The translations under genes were made by a program, and so were the position numbers. A stretch of DNA of 63,811 nt, counting the filler, from Sluysia triapertura (lineage: Eukaryota): assembly GCA_046118255.1 (NCBI GenBank). It is 5 parts of 5 records of this genome, joined end to end, with 100 filler letters (N's around TTAATTAATTAA, not from the genome) between each part and the next. Parts side by side here need not be neighbours in the genome. Positions count along the whole stretch, not along the records: positions 26,594 to 39,130 come from JBJNIA010100768.1; positions 39,231 to 52,952 come from JBJNIA010023177.1; 3 more parts are not named here. One strand, given 5' to 3'. Each line of letters starts with the position of its first letter. Position 1 is the first letter of the stretch. Below the pieces are notes generated by a model that was not told the origin of the DNA, did no database searches, and saw only the letters and a program-made list of their open reading frames with translations. Below are positions 26,494 through 40,960 of the stretch, one piece after another.

Positions 26494-26593
26494 NNNNNNN
26501 NNNNNNNNNNNNNNNNNNNNNNNNNNNNNNNNNNNNNTTAATTAATTAANNNNNNNNNNNNNNNNNNNNNNNNNNNNNNNNNNNNNNNNNNNN
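26494..26593. other. Assembly linker, contig junction 2
   Basis: Same N/TTAATTAATTAA/N layout. Confidence 0.98.
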
Positions 26594-27454
26594 TGTATGA
26601 TTCAAAATAAGTTTGTATTTTTCTTGAAAAGGTATTTCCATTACACACATTGTTAAATAGAACACAACAAAAGAATTTTTGAATCTTTTTATACGTGCTC
26701 ACATTCAAATTATCACTAAGCTTTGTATTTAACTTAAATTATTTCTTCGACTATGAAATATTCAATTGTAATAATCAGAAAACAATTATTTTAATTAGAA
26801 GTCTGAAATAAATAATGATTCTTCTCCCGTAAATAAAATTTATCAATCTGTCATGTTGACTGGCTACAATTCATAAATTCATAATTTTTCAATGCTTCTA
26901 AAGATAAATCACAATGAATCGTTCCAAACAGACTGTTCTTCCTCGAATAATTTGTGCAATCTTATATAAGTAATTCCAGTACTAGATCCATAAAGAATAG
27001 TTTCAAATAACAATTTGCCACGTAGTATATTTGCTGCTTTGATAATTTGTGATGGAGGTACACAAATTAATATAAGAAAACATTCTCTACTATCAATGAC
27101 TCATCTTTATCGATTACAATTGGGGTGTAACCTGAATGTTAAGATAAATAGTTTCGCGTACGTACATAAATATTTTCCGTAGAATTTATTTTACAATCTA
27201 ATAAATCACTAATTACACCATTTCTATTTTTCCATAACCAATAACACCTAACTTAAGTACTTCAGAAAGATTAATTTCAACATTTAAAGGAAATTTTGTA
27301 AAATAATAGCTTCACCTCTATTTAAAATTATTAGAATCACGCATACATAAAGTTATACATGTTCAGAAGAACAGAAGAATAAGAAGAAAAATTGAAGATA
27401 AAGATAAAAGAAATAATAATAATAACAATAACATAATTATATATTTTAAAATAA

Positions 27455-27664
27455 TGATATTGTTGATGTTAACATGAAAGTTATTATGTGACAATCGTGT
27501 CAATCATATTAAACGACGATAATCCTAATAATTATTATATATTTTAATACGACTGGAATTATAATAACAATAGCTATAGTTCATGATAACTATGTACAAT
27601 AGTTATGTTTGTTTTTGAATGAGTCTAGTAGTTTGCTTAATGTGTAAGTAAGTGATTTCCTACA
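27455..27664 (-). repeat. Second copy of the 4775-5045 repeat
   Basis: Visible alignment and same terminus gtgatttcctaca. Confidence 0.65.
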
Positions 27665-29089
27665 ATATTAATCAATAATTCAATCATTTGTTAATTAATA
27701 ATATTTTGATACTTCTCTTATTGAGCCCCAAATAACTATTAAAACTAAGTTAAATGAAATAATTTTCAATAAATTACAAATTGATGGTGATATTTTTAAA
27801 GTACATTTTAATTGATATTTATGGCTACAGGGAGATGTAAATCGATCTACTTCAGTAATAATTTGAATCGTTTATTCTTAGGCGTAATGTGGGATCTCAG
27901 TTTTCATTTAGGAGTTTAAATGTGAAAAATGATGATTCTGTTAGTGTGCAATTGATTAAAGTTTTATCAAATCAGCTTTACCAATTATTTCACATATTAA
28001 GAAGTTGTTATCATAATTGGTTTGGCCAAGTTTAATTATAAAAATAATATTAATTTTTTTGTTCAACGGCAAATTAGGAAGATGAATTTCATCACAAAAG
28101 GAAAAAAAATTAGACATAAAAATTTTATATGTACAACACTTAAAAGAAGAATAAAGAGGATCTCATAAAAAGCAAATGAATTTATATTTCTTATTTTGAT
28201 TTGATGGTTAGTATTGTGATTTTATTATGATTAATTCGAAGATTATAATGTTTATATTTGGTAATTATTGAATTAACATTATCAATTACTCTACATTTAA
28301 TTTTATCGTTAGATCTGTTATTAAATTTCTTACAAGTTTTCAAATATTTATAATTAAAAAATTGGTGCTTAAGGCACGGATCAGTTTCATTATTAAACGA
28401 AGATAAAGCATCAACAAAATTCTACACGGAGTTGCTATTATAATGTAGATATCTAAAATACTAAGTTGCGTTAGTTGATCTATCATATTTATACCATTAG
28501 CTGAACGCATTAATCTGACTTTTAATCCTTTGCTCATTCTTATTAACTGAAAGTACTTTCGAATTGCTAATTCAACAGTAGGAATCAAAATCTTTACACA
28601 TATTGATCGTGGAATACATATTTTTGAATGACTGGAATACCATAAGGAAAAATTTTTTGCTGTCGGTTTTAGATAAACTCATGCTTACAGTGAAGTAATA
28701 GTGGTATAACATGTTGTTGAGCTTGAACCGATTTAGAATATTTTAATTTAGAAACATCTAGAATTGTAGACAATTTAACTGCCATTCTTATCATTATTGA
28801 ACTAAATTGTTAAGAGTGAATTTCGCTTTAGAAAAATTTTGATTTTTATTGTCAGGTTATAATTAAAACATTAATATTGGCACAGAAACCCAAAATTCGG
28901 ATCAAATTGTAATAATGAAACTTCGTCTATTTTTTATGCACCTTCTTTCTATCATTACATATTAATAATCATATTAATAATCAGTTATCTTCGTTGTAGA
29001 CAAAAATTATATTAAAATCGTATTCTAACTTTAATCTCTTGTATTTCAAATAAATATGTGTGCCAACTCTTTCACTTTTTATTATTTTC

Positions 29090-30032
29090 TCTGTGAATGG
29101 ACGTCTAATACGATGTGAGCTAGTATGTAAATAATTATGATTAACTGGGCGTCCAATCAGGCCACAGTCTGGAAATGATTTCGATTAGTATCTGTCATCG
29201 GTAGACAGCAAATGTGAAATGTTGATTTAGGTTTAATCGATCTGTCTACTGATGACAGAAAATAAATTAAAATTAGTTGTTAAGTGATAAAATGATTATC
29301 ATAATAATTATAATAAAGTAATAACAATAGTAAAAGTAATGCTACAAGAATTAAATACATGAACCTTTTACCTTTACCACACAATCTTTCTGTTATTTTA
29401 TATTTATTTCTTAACATATAATTGGAATACTTTAAATGGTTGATGAAATGTAGATCTGCTGTTAAGGGTGAATATATGGTTTACAGGATGGCTTTAATGT
29501 TTTCTTTTGTGATGTGCATGGTTAAATATTAAAGAATTGTGAACCTGAAGTATTTTGAATTTCTTTTACGACGTATAATGTAATTCTTGAGTTATGAGAT
29601 TGTGAATAAAATGTTATGGTTAACTTTTATTGTACGTTAATGAATTTGAATGAAGAAGTTATTTTAATGTTGTAACTTTATAAATAAGAAATGTTTGAGA
29701 TGAACTTGACTTGTAGATTAATGTTTTTGAACATAATTTTGGTTCTGATGTTATGAATTATAGGTTAAAATGTTTTAAGTAAAATTTAATGTGTGTTAAT
29801 GGTCTGGACTTGGATGAAATTTTGATGTTATACAGTATGAGATAGGAATGTTTGAGAAATCTGTACTATTGGGAGTAAAGGAGATGAAATATGAAAAGAT
29901 TTAGATGTAGGAGAATTTAAAATGATATGTAATTTTGTGTTTAACATGTTTAATGGTAAAATGTTGTGGAGAGTGATTTTGTTGTGTCAATAAAAAATTA
30001 ATTTTGTTAAAAGTTATAGGTTGGCCACCATA
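29090..30032 (-). mobile_element. Family A repeat (putative 3' LTR), copy 3
   Basis: Starts TATGGTGGCCAACC at 30032; AAT tract; 18-bp-stem hairpin 29191-29259; CCAAT palindrome variant 29142-29160. Confidence 0.65.
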
Positions 30033-30487
30033 GTTGGCTCTAAGCTTGTCGTTTAACTTATAAAAGTGTTTTAATTGCCTACGGCGTCTGTTTCGCTTTT
30101 GTGATTTAGTTAAGCCTGGCAGTAAGATAGGAGCGCATCTTTGATTATTTGTGTTCAATGAAGTTATTCGTATTTTTATCGATGGCTGTGTGATATCTAC
30201 AGAGCAATTTCGATTTAATGTATTGGATGTAGGACTTTGTGATCGTATGGTGTCAGTGATGTTCGTGACTTCGAAATTTTAAAATGTCAAAATTTCTTTC
30301 TATAATAAATATCGCAACTCTTAACTGTGTGTGCGACACATAGGACAAGAAGGGAAAGGCGTAAGAGAAGAGTCAAAAAGAAAGAAAAGGCAGTGGAAAT
30401 GAAAAGGATGTGTACATGGTTTGGTGACAGCTCGATATTTTTTGAGTGTTCGAGGCAAACTGAAAAACGTGTAGTGGTAGATGTCAT
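29901..30487 (-). pseudogene. Frameshifted RING-finger/Arg-rich ORF, paralog of 5211-5744
   Basis: Across frameshifts: FSVCLE..TKPCTHPFHFHCLFFLF..CPMCRT..DIYYRKKF, then PGLTKSQKRNRRRRQLKHFYK. Confidence 0.8.
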
Positions 30488-31309
30488 TGTTGAACATACA
30501 AATTTATAATAAGATAATAAATAATTTTAGTTATTATTAACGAAATTTGTCCTACCTAATCATATATATTTCTGGATAAAAAAATTACAGAATTTTGAAA
30601 AAATGTAAAGCAACGTTATTTAAAACGCTATGAAAATAATGAGACTGGCTGGTTTTAGAATATGACCCTTAGTGGGTGGGGATCAGCCATCTCACAAGGT
30701 CAATTATTACGTAACCAACTCGTCTAATTTAACTTAATCCTTGATGAATAAATGGGCTCTATAAAGAAGAAAAGAATAAAATTACGAACCTGCACCAAAA
30801 GGTTGGTTGCAAGTGCAGCGAAAAGAGTTATCATATGTAATGATAGAAAGAAGATGCATAAAAAATAGACGAAGTTTCATTATTATAATTATTATCCTTT
30901 TGAATATTTTAATGTAAATTCAGATAAAAATTATGTTTAATGGAAACATGATTTAACGATTTTTGATGAGTCTTATTACTTACAATTGGTACACTTAATG
31001 ATTTTGTCATTTTTATCCCTAGTAGTTGACTTACTTAATTATATTTCCTGAAATTTATCTATAATCGGAATCCTTAAATCGTACATTAAGCCAGAAGTTT
31101 AATGTATCTTCCGCTTAGATTTTTCGTAAAATCTTTATTTGAATAAATAGCATTCGGTAAGCTGGAAAATGAAATAATTTGATATTTGAATGTGGCGCAA
31201 TCAGTCCATAATGCAACCCATTGTATAGTTCGTAGGCAATAATAATGGTATAACTTATTAATGGATTTTCAATATGTACAATACCAGCATCGTAACAATA
31301 AATAGTCAG

Positions 31310-33350
31310 TGGAAATTCAACAATTATTCATGTTTTGAGAGTTATAGAAAATCCTTGAAAAGTGAATGGTTTGATCCGAATTTTGGGTTTCTGTGCCAAT
31401 ATTAATTTTGAGGTATGTGTCAGTTCATATTCAAATTCCAAAATGAGTTTAACTTGAAATAACTGATACTCAAATAAGTCTTCACATGATATTATCCAAT
31501 AAAAACGTGTCGGTTAATGTGAAAGTCAGTTCTATATCAACTTTGAAGACCACATTTCATAGTAATATTTACTATATTTGCATTACTTAGATTGATAGTA
31601 GCATTAATATCTTTCGAGGTTGTTTATGCTTTGATATTAATCCTATCATATGAATATTTTGTGGCAACGCTTGTATATCCGAAAAACATGTTAATCAGAT
31701 ACAAGCCACTAAAGTAGATCGTAAAATTGTCAGTGGAATTCCATTAAACGTAAATGGATAATATCCTTCTATATCATTTTCATATATAAGAGAAGGTGAT
31801 GATAATATGTCTGGTGGTGGGTTAAAGTCAAAGTGATGTGGTGAGTATAATGATCATCATCGTCCTTATGAGATGGTACATTCGAATAAGAACATTTATT
31901 CATGATAAATATTGTAATTAAAACAGATATAAAAATTAATGCAGTTATAAGAATTATCGCAATTACGATCATTATCTTTAATATGTTATCATTTCTCAAC
32001 ATGTCAAATATTGTCTGGGTGTTTTTGTACCTCTTAAAACGAAATGTAAACGTCAGATTTTCTTAGATAACAAATAGATTCGTGCTATTATGTGACGTTC
32101 CTCATTAGCTAGGAAATCCGAGCATGTTGTGCATGGATATACTAATGTATTCATGTGATATTCGGAAATAATCCAAGTGCTAAAATTAATTCGAGCCGGA
32201 CGTTGGCAAGTAAACTGAATTTGAATATTACTATATAATAACTTAACTTTCACCTCTGTACCGAGTTATAAAATTCGAAATACACAGATTTGTAACGTTG
32301 ACTGTTACAGTGTGCAACTGAAATTATTGTTAATAGTATCATGGGTAGTAGATTATGTTTAACCTTATGAGTTCTCGAAAGATTGCTATATGCAATAACA
32401 TATTTTACATCGAATAATGTCAGCATAATAAATAGTCGGTATACTGGCTTTTCATTCTGTTTTTCGAGTGATTCTTTCCTTAATGCAGCTGTTTTAAACG
32501 TTGAATTACAATCCTTTTTTAAGTCTAATTTCCCCATATTATTTTGTTTTGTGGCATCCATATATAACCCATTATTATAGTGTTGTAATTTGTATATAAA
32601 ATTTTGTACTACTTGCGTGTTTTCCGCATTATCTAATGTGAAAGCTATCAATATGGTGTGGTTTTCCTAGAAGTAATGGATTGAAGTAAATACAATATAT
32701 TTCAAACGTATGTCATAAAATATTTCTCTTAGAAACGAATTCCATTTTCCAATCATGATTATAAGTATTTGTAATTTCTATCTTTTGTTTTCGTCCGTCA
32801 TTAAACGCAATATTCATATTTCTAAATTCGTCGTTTGCAGCTAAAACAGGTAGTAATATAGATGTACTTAGAAAAAATAATATTATTTTTATCCAATAAA
32901 ATGTATTTTAGTACCTTTAAGTATCATAACACTATGTTGGTCGGAATCTATTCCTGATGAATCTGAATTTCCATCCATCGATGTCGCAGAATCACTGGAA
33001 CTCTAGAATGCAGCCCTTATTTCTTGAATGGTAGGTAAAGTTGGAGTTAATACTAAGGAATCAGACAGTTGAGTTAAACCTTGTGAACCAATATTCATGA
33101 CAGGCGTTTGCCAAACTGTCAAATCTTCTTCAGATTTTAACTCAAAAAATGGGTTATATATAACAAACTTACTAATTTAATCAATAATATAAGGATCGGT
33201 TTCCAAAAATGTTTCTCGAAGTGGGTTGATAGGTTGGAGCATTGATGATTGGAAATTGTTATTCCTCTAATCGAAGACGCGGGATTTATACTGATAACTT
33301 GAAGAATAAATTTAATAATTTTTGGAGTACTGAACTTGCTGACGAATTCA
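31310..33350 (-). pseudogene. Array of co-oriented decayed ORFs of unknown family, including a single-TM ORF (31769-32002)
   Basis: Closely packed - strand ORFs 32250-32651, 32053-32253, 31769-32002 plus interrupted frames on both sides. Confidence 0.4.
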
Positions 33351-33646
33351 TTTTTGTTGATGTAAAAATGTTAATTTCGAATTGATGGCAATCTAATTTG
33401 TTATACCAAAATGGCGTGTCATCAACAATGACGTCTTTCTTTGTCTTTTCTTATATCGTTTTTTGCATACAAAACACATATTTAAAATTTTGATTTAATA
33501 AAACAATTTTATTTTTGGAAATTTCTTTTTGTATTATTTTATAAAGTAATTGAATAATAATTTTAATTTTAATATAATTAGAATAATTTTTTACAATAAA
33601 ATAAAATGAAAAAATTTTTGTACACCTTTACATAACGTTTTTCATT

Positions 33647-33700
33647 AAAACACAATGGCTAGCAATAACTGGTAACCTTAGTGCGTTGGTGGATTCACCG
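33647..33700 (+). other. Conserved hairpin plus PBS-like motif, copy 1
   Basis: aaaacacaatggctagcaataactggtaaccttagtgcgttggtggattcac aligns with the revcomp of 52878-52931 and 61066-61117. Confidence 0.6.
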
Positions 33701-33869
33701 TAAGAAATCGTTTGATTTATTCTGTTCTCATCTTAAGAAAACCCCAGCAATATCTATGTATCTAGCAAACGTCAACGGACATTAATTCACTCCGATTGTT
33801 AGATAATATCAGCATTTTTTGACCTTCTAAAGTCATAGTAACAATATAAATATCCGGTTGCATGATAAA

Positions 33870-34085
33870 AATATTGGTCATGTGTTAAGAAATTTGGTTG
33901 GAATATCAATCTTTTCTTGAACACAAATTCTCTTCTGGCAGAAGAGAACCATTCGAAATCTATACATATACAACATCAGACTATCACTAAAATGAAAAGA
34001 TTCCTTGAATTGATCAGTTACTATCGACGTCTATTGTCATACTGATGGAAATTCCGGCTGAACTTACAGCTTTATCCTTCAGAAA
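33870..34085 (+). mobile_element. pol: Highly decayed Gypsy RT C-terminal fragment
   Basis: SFLEHKFSS (~FLGHxIS) and MKRFLELISYYRRLL (~RRFLGLxNYYRRFI). Confidence 0.5.
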
Positions 34086-37000
34086 GGATAACCTAGATAT
34101 ATACTATTCAATTCACCATCTTTACACCCGGTTTCGGTTCTACCTCTTCATTCCTGTAGCGACGCAATATTATCTCAATCATTACCATTTCATAGGTCTT
34201 TTACAGAAATTCACCCAACAGTGACTTCTTCTCCTCGTGGTAGGCACTGGTTCCAGATAACGATCAATGTAATAAACACTATAAAATAGGAGCAAGCATA
34301 AATTAATAAGAATAATTTTCTTTGATAGAAATAAAGATTTATTTTATTTAGATTAAAAGAATCAGAGCAATAAATTAAACTCCCGGTATTAGGGTAACAG
34401 AAGCAAAAAATAATTTTCCTCTAGAAAAGACACGTATACATTTAAATAAAATAAATTCTTATAAATACGTCTCTGACCAGGTGTAAAATGCATGGCATAG
34501 GTGAATCCTAAGAAAACCATTTTTTTGCAAGTAATTTATCAGTTACTAATAAAGAAGAAATATTGCAACTACATGACTTTACGTATGCATATCTTATTGC
34601 TAGTCGCATTACATACTTAACATAATCTTCTATTTCACGAACAATTAGTTCTCTCAAAATATCTAGCTAGTTCACTATTATAATTTTCAAGAAACTTATT
34701 CAATAAACTCATGAAGTGAATTTAATTAATTATTTATCATTTTCAAACTAGTAAAATAATGGATTAATAGATTAACTTAAGCCACATGTTAAGCCACACG
34801 CTATGGATTTTTAAGCACAAACAAATTAACAAAAGCAATTCATAAACTTCCATTGTATCTAAATATCTGTTGTAAAATTTAAATTTAAATCTAATAAGCT
34901 GTCTCTAAACAATTAAATGAAAATATTTTCCATTAACTGTTGCTCTTTTTAATCATTTGTTTTTCTATTTTTACATTTTTAGTTTATTGAGATATACTTC
35001 ATGGCCTTAGAGATAATAATGAAGGCACTAAGGCTGTATTTCTTTAATTTCATTTTGAATTCCTTCTGTTACTTCATCTGTTTCTTGATCTGATATTGAC
35101 ATTGAAAGATTAGCACAAATCTAAGACGTTATACAAAAGTTTGAATAAAATAAGTGACTCCACTAAAATATAAAAATAAAATTATACAAAAACTTTTAAA
35201 ATGTTAATATTTTATGTTCTGCTTTAAATTAATAACAAAGGAATTTAAAATATGTAAAAATGCAAAATATGTATTCATGATGAAATATAAAAATCTATAT
35301 GTAAGACAAAATTTAGAGAACATATTATTCATAGAGGTTGAAACGTAAATTATGATAAAACAATGTTAAAATAAAATTTAAAAGTTTAAATGTTTTGTTA
35401 TTGTAAATGTGGTATTTTTGTTGTTAGTGTGATGTTTTGTTAAGATAATTGATAAAATTTTAGTCAAATGTTGAATCAACGCAGTTATTAAGAAGGTCAA
35501 ATGTGGAATGGAGTAACTCGGAGTTTCATTAATGTTTTAAGGTGATTAGAATCAACAAGATCTCAAGGTAAACCAGTCATGTTGTGTTTTATTGAAGCCT
35601 ATTGATAACAATGAATTAAATGGCATTATTAGACGTCAAACAATAGTTCACAAAAAATTAATTACAATAAGTGTTCGCAATTGCTATGTTTATTTTAATT
35701 ACCAAAATTAAATTAGTTATAATAGTTTCGCCAAAACATTACTCTGGACTTAAATTTATTAATAAAATTTTATTATATATCTAAAACGATACGTAACAAA
35801 AGGAGAAACAAATCGAAAAAAAATTAAAGAATACAATTAAATTACGATAAAAAGCATATAAGATAAAGAACCAAAAGTACAGAAGCAATTTCAAAACAAC
35901 TAAATTATTCAAACTTAATTTCTGCCCGCGAAAATGAAATCCTTAGATTTCTAAAAGACGGACATCACCAGTATGGTGCGACAGCGCAACAAATTACATA
36001 TTGAATCATCCTTTAATACCTATAGATCACATACTTCTACATTTAGGGTACGGTTTTAATGCACACTCACATTTTTAAGGAATTTAATCTAATTTAAATT
36101 TTTCCTTCCCTAAATGAATAAAAAAGTTACTAAATGAATAGATAATATGTTAATCCTTTTTCTTCTAATTCTACCTTTTTTTCTTTTTCGTAGTCTATCA
36201 TCAAATTCAAAACAATTATGGCTACACATTCGGTGGCAGCAGTAGCAACAACAAATATTTACATAAATATTAACTGTGATATACTTATTATATAAATACC
36301 TCTTCTTGTAAAAGATTCGCATTGATTAACATGGAATTTTTACAAGTAATTTAATAAAAATAAAAGTAAAAAAAACAAGATGCACATGAATTTCCACTGT
36401 ATTTATTAAATGCTTTAAGATACATTGATATCTAAGTCGATTAAGTGATAGATTTTTCTTTGAACTTTCTATCAGATTTATTCCTCTTAATATCCTTTCC
36501 ATTTCTACAAATATTCTGGTACATAACTTTTTTTACGTAAATTCCTTATTTCTTTAGATAAATAAATAATTTAAACATTTTATTTAAACACTAATAAATA
36601 ACAATTATTAATATGCATGTACAAATACAACTAAAGAAACCACTTGGAATGGCAGTAACTTATTTAACACATTCGCTACTGGAGCATGAGAATATCTTAT
36701 ACCACAGCCTATGAAAATTTTTCTCATTAAATGACTTTAAATGGCATTAACATTATATTTGTAACATTTAATTTATATTTATATATTTATAGTGTAAAAC
36801 TTTATTTAAAACGAATAAGGTAGTCACGCCACACATTTACAACGTTGTATACATGTTGTAAATTACATGTGTAGTGTCACACTACAACATATATCACATA
36901 TTTCATTCACTATCACCATCAATTACACCAACTCATTACAAACAAATCACATCAAAATAAAACAAGTCTAAACATCCGCAGTATTACACCTTATCTCAGA

Positions 37001-39130
37001 CAGATTACAAACACATAATAAAATCTTCTCATTAAAATCATTTTAGTAATATTTTGTAAATACAACGCCTGTTGCAACTTCATCAACACTACTGCACTAT
37101 CTTTTTATTCGTGTATATTATTATTATTTTTATCATAATTATTATTACATCGTACAGTTAAAATGCATTATTGATCTCCTTATATACACTCATTCTCACT
37201 TTACCAAGCATGATGCACTTTTATACCATTTAGAATAAATCAACGCAAGAAAACATCTCCTAAACACATTGTTTATTCTGACTGTGATTTAATGCGTATT
37301 TGATTTTAATGGTTTAAAAAACGTACTGATAATTTTGACGTGTTTCAAGAAAAATATTTCTATTTAGATATTAAGTAAGGCTTGGTGTATTGTCCACATA
37401 TATATAGATATAGAAATGAAATGAAAAATATAATTTGATTACTCTGTGTAATTATTTAGTTTCTGATATACAATTTTTAATATAGCAATGAAAACTTTTG
37501 GTTTTCATTTCAACCACTTTTCTGTGCACGTTACTTTACGTCATATCTATACTTCCATGTCAAAATGCATGTTCTCGGATGCATGATATTCAAATTTTCT
37601 TTGGACGTACAAGCTCTCCAAATTTTCTTGGATTCGTATTTTGTGAAATTTGTTCTCGAGTTTTTATATTATTATTATTATTATAATTATTATAATTATA
37701 AATTATTTTGTATTTGTGAATGTGTAAAAATAATTTATTAGATTACTTTTTTATTCCTGCATATGCATGTGTTGTTGGACTTGTACAAAATACTGTGTGG
37801 AGTTGATGCACGCAGATTTTCTTCCAATTTATCAGGTACTTCTTCCGGTGTTTATTCTTCCGGTAAGTTTCTAGTTATAAATTAAATCATTTATCACTGT
37901 TTAGTTTTAAACAGAACATTAAAAGGGATTGTAATTACTTGGAAGAATAAATTAAGCGATTTTAGTACCAAATTAACATTTTCTTTAATCTCACTATCTC
38001 TTCTGTAAATAGATTTTTACCAATATATAACATGCTTATTTGAGTTTTTAATCATGGGTTTGAGAATTTAATTGGTTAATTGATTAATTATTGATTTACA
38101 CATTTCCCCACCGTATTATTTATTGCAGGAAAAATTAGATCAATGAAACATGAAATTAATAGAATGCTTTGCTTGTTTTTGTTGAAAGTTAAATAATTTA
38201 AAGTATAACTTTTTGTCATACACAAATAATAGTTGGTTGCAGTACGTGATCACTGGTGATGCCAATCCTACAAATCCCACATTAGAAGGCTACTTAATAT
38301 ATCCTAGGCTTGGATATGTCAATGTCCTTGTTAACATAAGTCAGTTTTTGATGTAACGAAGTGATTTTATATGGAAATCTTTTGGAGGTTTATGAGGAAA
38401 ATCATTTTTTAAGTCATCACTAAAACCTATTTAACAAATTTTATAGTACAAGTTAGTCTATAGTACAAGACTTATTCAGTTAAGGACTTTTACTACAAGA
38501 ATTAATGAAGTCCTCAATTCGATTTTATTAATATAAGCACTTTCTACAAAATTGGAGTTTATCTATTATTTATATTTAAGTCATTTAAAAATTTATTCTA
38601 AACTCTTTTTTAAAATATTCTTAGAAAACTTTATTATAAAATATTTTAAAATTATCTAAATTACCAATTAAAAATAACTGATGTTTACCAATTGATTACA
38701 CTGTTGTCAAAAATAAAAGTAATAAATAATACCATTTTTACAATATCAAGGTTGTATAGAACTTAAATGAGTTTTTATTGATTTAAAAAGTTAATTTACG
38801 GACCTGTTTAAAAAGGTCCTCGAAAAATGTTAATAGATTTTACTGTGGAATTTTAATACCGCTTAAGAGTATATAAACTTATTACATAAATCTAACGTGA
38901 TTCTAAATCAATATTGCGGTTGAAATTATCTTCGGTATCCAATAAATTATCTTTATTGTCTTCTAATTATCTTGCACGATTTGTTTTCAAAATTTCTTCA
39001 TATTTTTATAAATTTCTGATTGGAAATTTATTCTAACATGTTCTAACAGTTCGATGCTCTATCACTGAGCTAGCAGTCCCGCCTAACAATTTTTAGATTA
39101 CTATATTCAATTATCCAAATGGCACCTTAG

Positions 39131-39230
39131 NNNNNNNNNNNNNNNNNNNNNNNNNNNNNNNNNNNNNNNNNNNNTTAATTAATTAANNNNNNNNNNNNNN
39201 NNNNNNNNNNNNNNNNNNNNNNNNNNNNNN
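39131..39230. other. Assembly linker, contig junction 3
   Basis: Same N/TTAATTAATTAA/N layout. Confidence 0.98.
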
Positions 39231-40129
39231 CATATTACTGTAATATTAAAATTAGAAAATGCCATTATTATGGAAAAAGTCAAGTATAAATAGGTGGGTT
39301 TCAGTCTTCAATTTGCAATTATTATTTAAAGAATATTTGTTGAAGAAGAAAACGAAGCTATTCATTGAAGATATCCAACTGCTGTTCGAGATAAAGATAT
39401 ATTATATTCAGGTCAGGGTATTTGAATAATTGACATTTTACAATTTAAAATACAATTTACAATTTTACAATTTAACTGAAAATTTCATCAGAATAACATT
39501 TAAAATAAATTTAAATTTAATTTTCAAAGAAGTGTTTAAGCACCCATAAAATAGCTACGTGCGGTACATCTAATATTGTGAATAATTTCCGAATTATTTT
39601 TGTAGACTTTGATTTGTTACTTACATTTATAATATAAACTTTTAGTTAGTATAGTTTATATTATTTGATTTTAGGGAGAAGAGCTTGAATTTAACGTTAA
39701 TCAAATAAAATTGCATTTCCATCTCTTACACCAGAGACGAGTGAACATTAACCTCCAGAAGTTATTACAAGTGTTATAAAATAATTTAGGTAAAAAAGTG
39801 AAGTCAAGGCCAAGTCATAAACTTAATAAACCCTATAAACTTATAATTGTTCTAACAATTACATAAAAATATATAAGGGATAAAAGTAAATGTAAATAGA
39901 AATGTTGGTCCAGGATCACAAATTTATTGACTGTTGTTGCTGGTACTGCTGTTTCTGTTGATTGAAGTATGTTCAAGATTATTTATTTATGTGAGAATTT
40001 GGGTTTTAAACTTTTATTTTTACTTATGTGAAATCGGTAAAGGTTAGCGGCAGTGTGATTGCCAATTGTTTCGGTCTAGCCGCTTTGACCGATGGCAAAT
40101 TTAGTTTTTTGGTGTTTGGTTGAGAGTTC

Positions 40130-40960
40130 TTAAATGAATGCAGCCATCCATGCATCTTTTAGAACTTTTTTGAAAATGTGCGTGATACACGCATAAGTTT
40201 TTGATTGTTAGTGTTGTAGATTTTTTAGGGAATTTGTATCTCAATAAACAAGATTTAGCCTGTTGTTGTAATCGGTTATGATTCCATTGAAGGGTTTTTT
40301 CATTGTTTTCCTTGTTGGTGAGTTCTCTTTTGACTTTGTAAATAATATTTTGGTTAAATCCGCAACTTGTTTATTTAAATTTTGAACTTGTAACAGAAGA
40401 TTTTGTGTTTCTGTGTTTGTTGTTGTTGTGGTGGGTTTTTGATTATTGGAAGAAGAATCATTCATTGAATAGAAGGGTTGTTGGTGATTCTTGTTCCATA
40501 CTGCGATGATGTTATCGGCGATCTTAGGCAGTTCATCGATCTTACTATATTGGGTTTCAACGAGTGTGCCTTGAACTGTGAGAGGCATAGCATCGAGGAA
40601 TAATCTTTTTAACACATCGCGATTCTCATCGATGTTACAACCGAAAGGTGCTAAATCTGTTTTTATTTTAGCCAAACATTCAGAAGGTTTGAATTTTAAA
40701 GTAGTCTTGGAAGACTTTTTCAGAATTATGGCGGTATTGCTGTATGATGATTTATCTGAGTTCGTCATACAGAGATTTTGAAGCAATACATGTTTGAATT
40801 TTTGGGCTTATTTTACTTAGAAGTGCTTGCAGTAGCAATGTTAGGGTATGGTTAAACTTTGTGGTTTGGTGTTTAATCGCACTGGTTTGAACATGGCTTC
40901 AACAACCAAAACCAAGAAAAATTGAGACGACGGAGTATTGATATTTGTTAATTGATCTTG
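40130..40960 (-). mobile_element. gag: Ty3/Gypsy gag pseudogene
   Basis: VEAMF/..IKHQTTKFNHTL..YDELR; KPSECL..LKRLFLDAMPLTVQGTL..IDELPKIADNI; Cys/His knuckle LCVYHAHF/..KRCMDGC across a frameshift. Confidence 0.8.
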
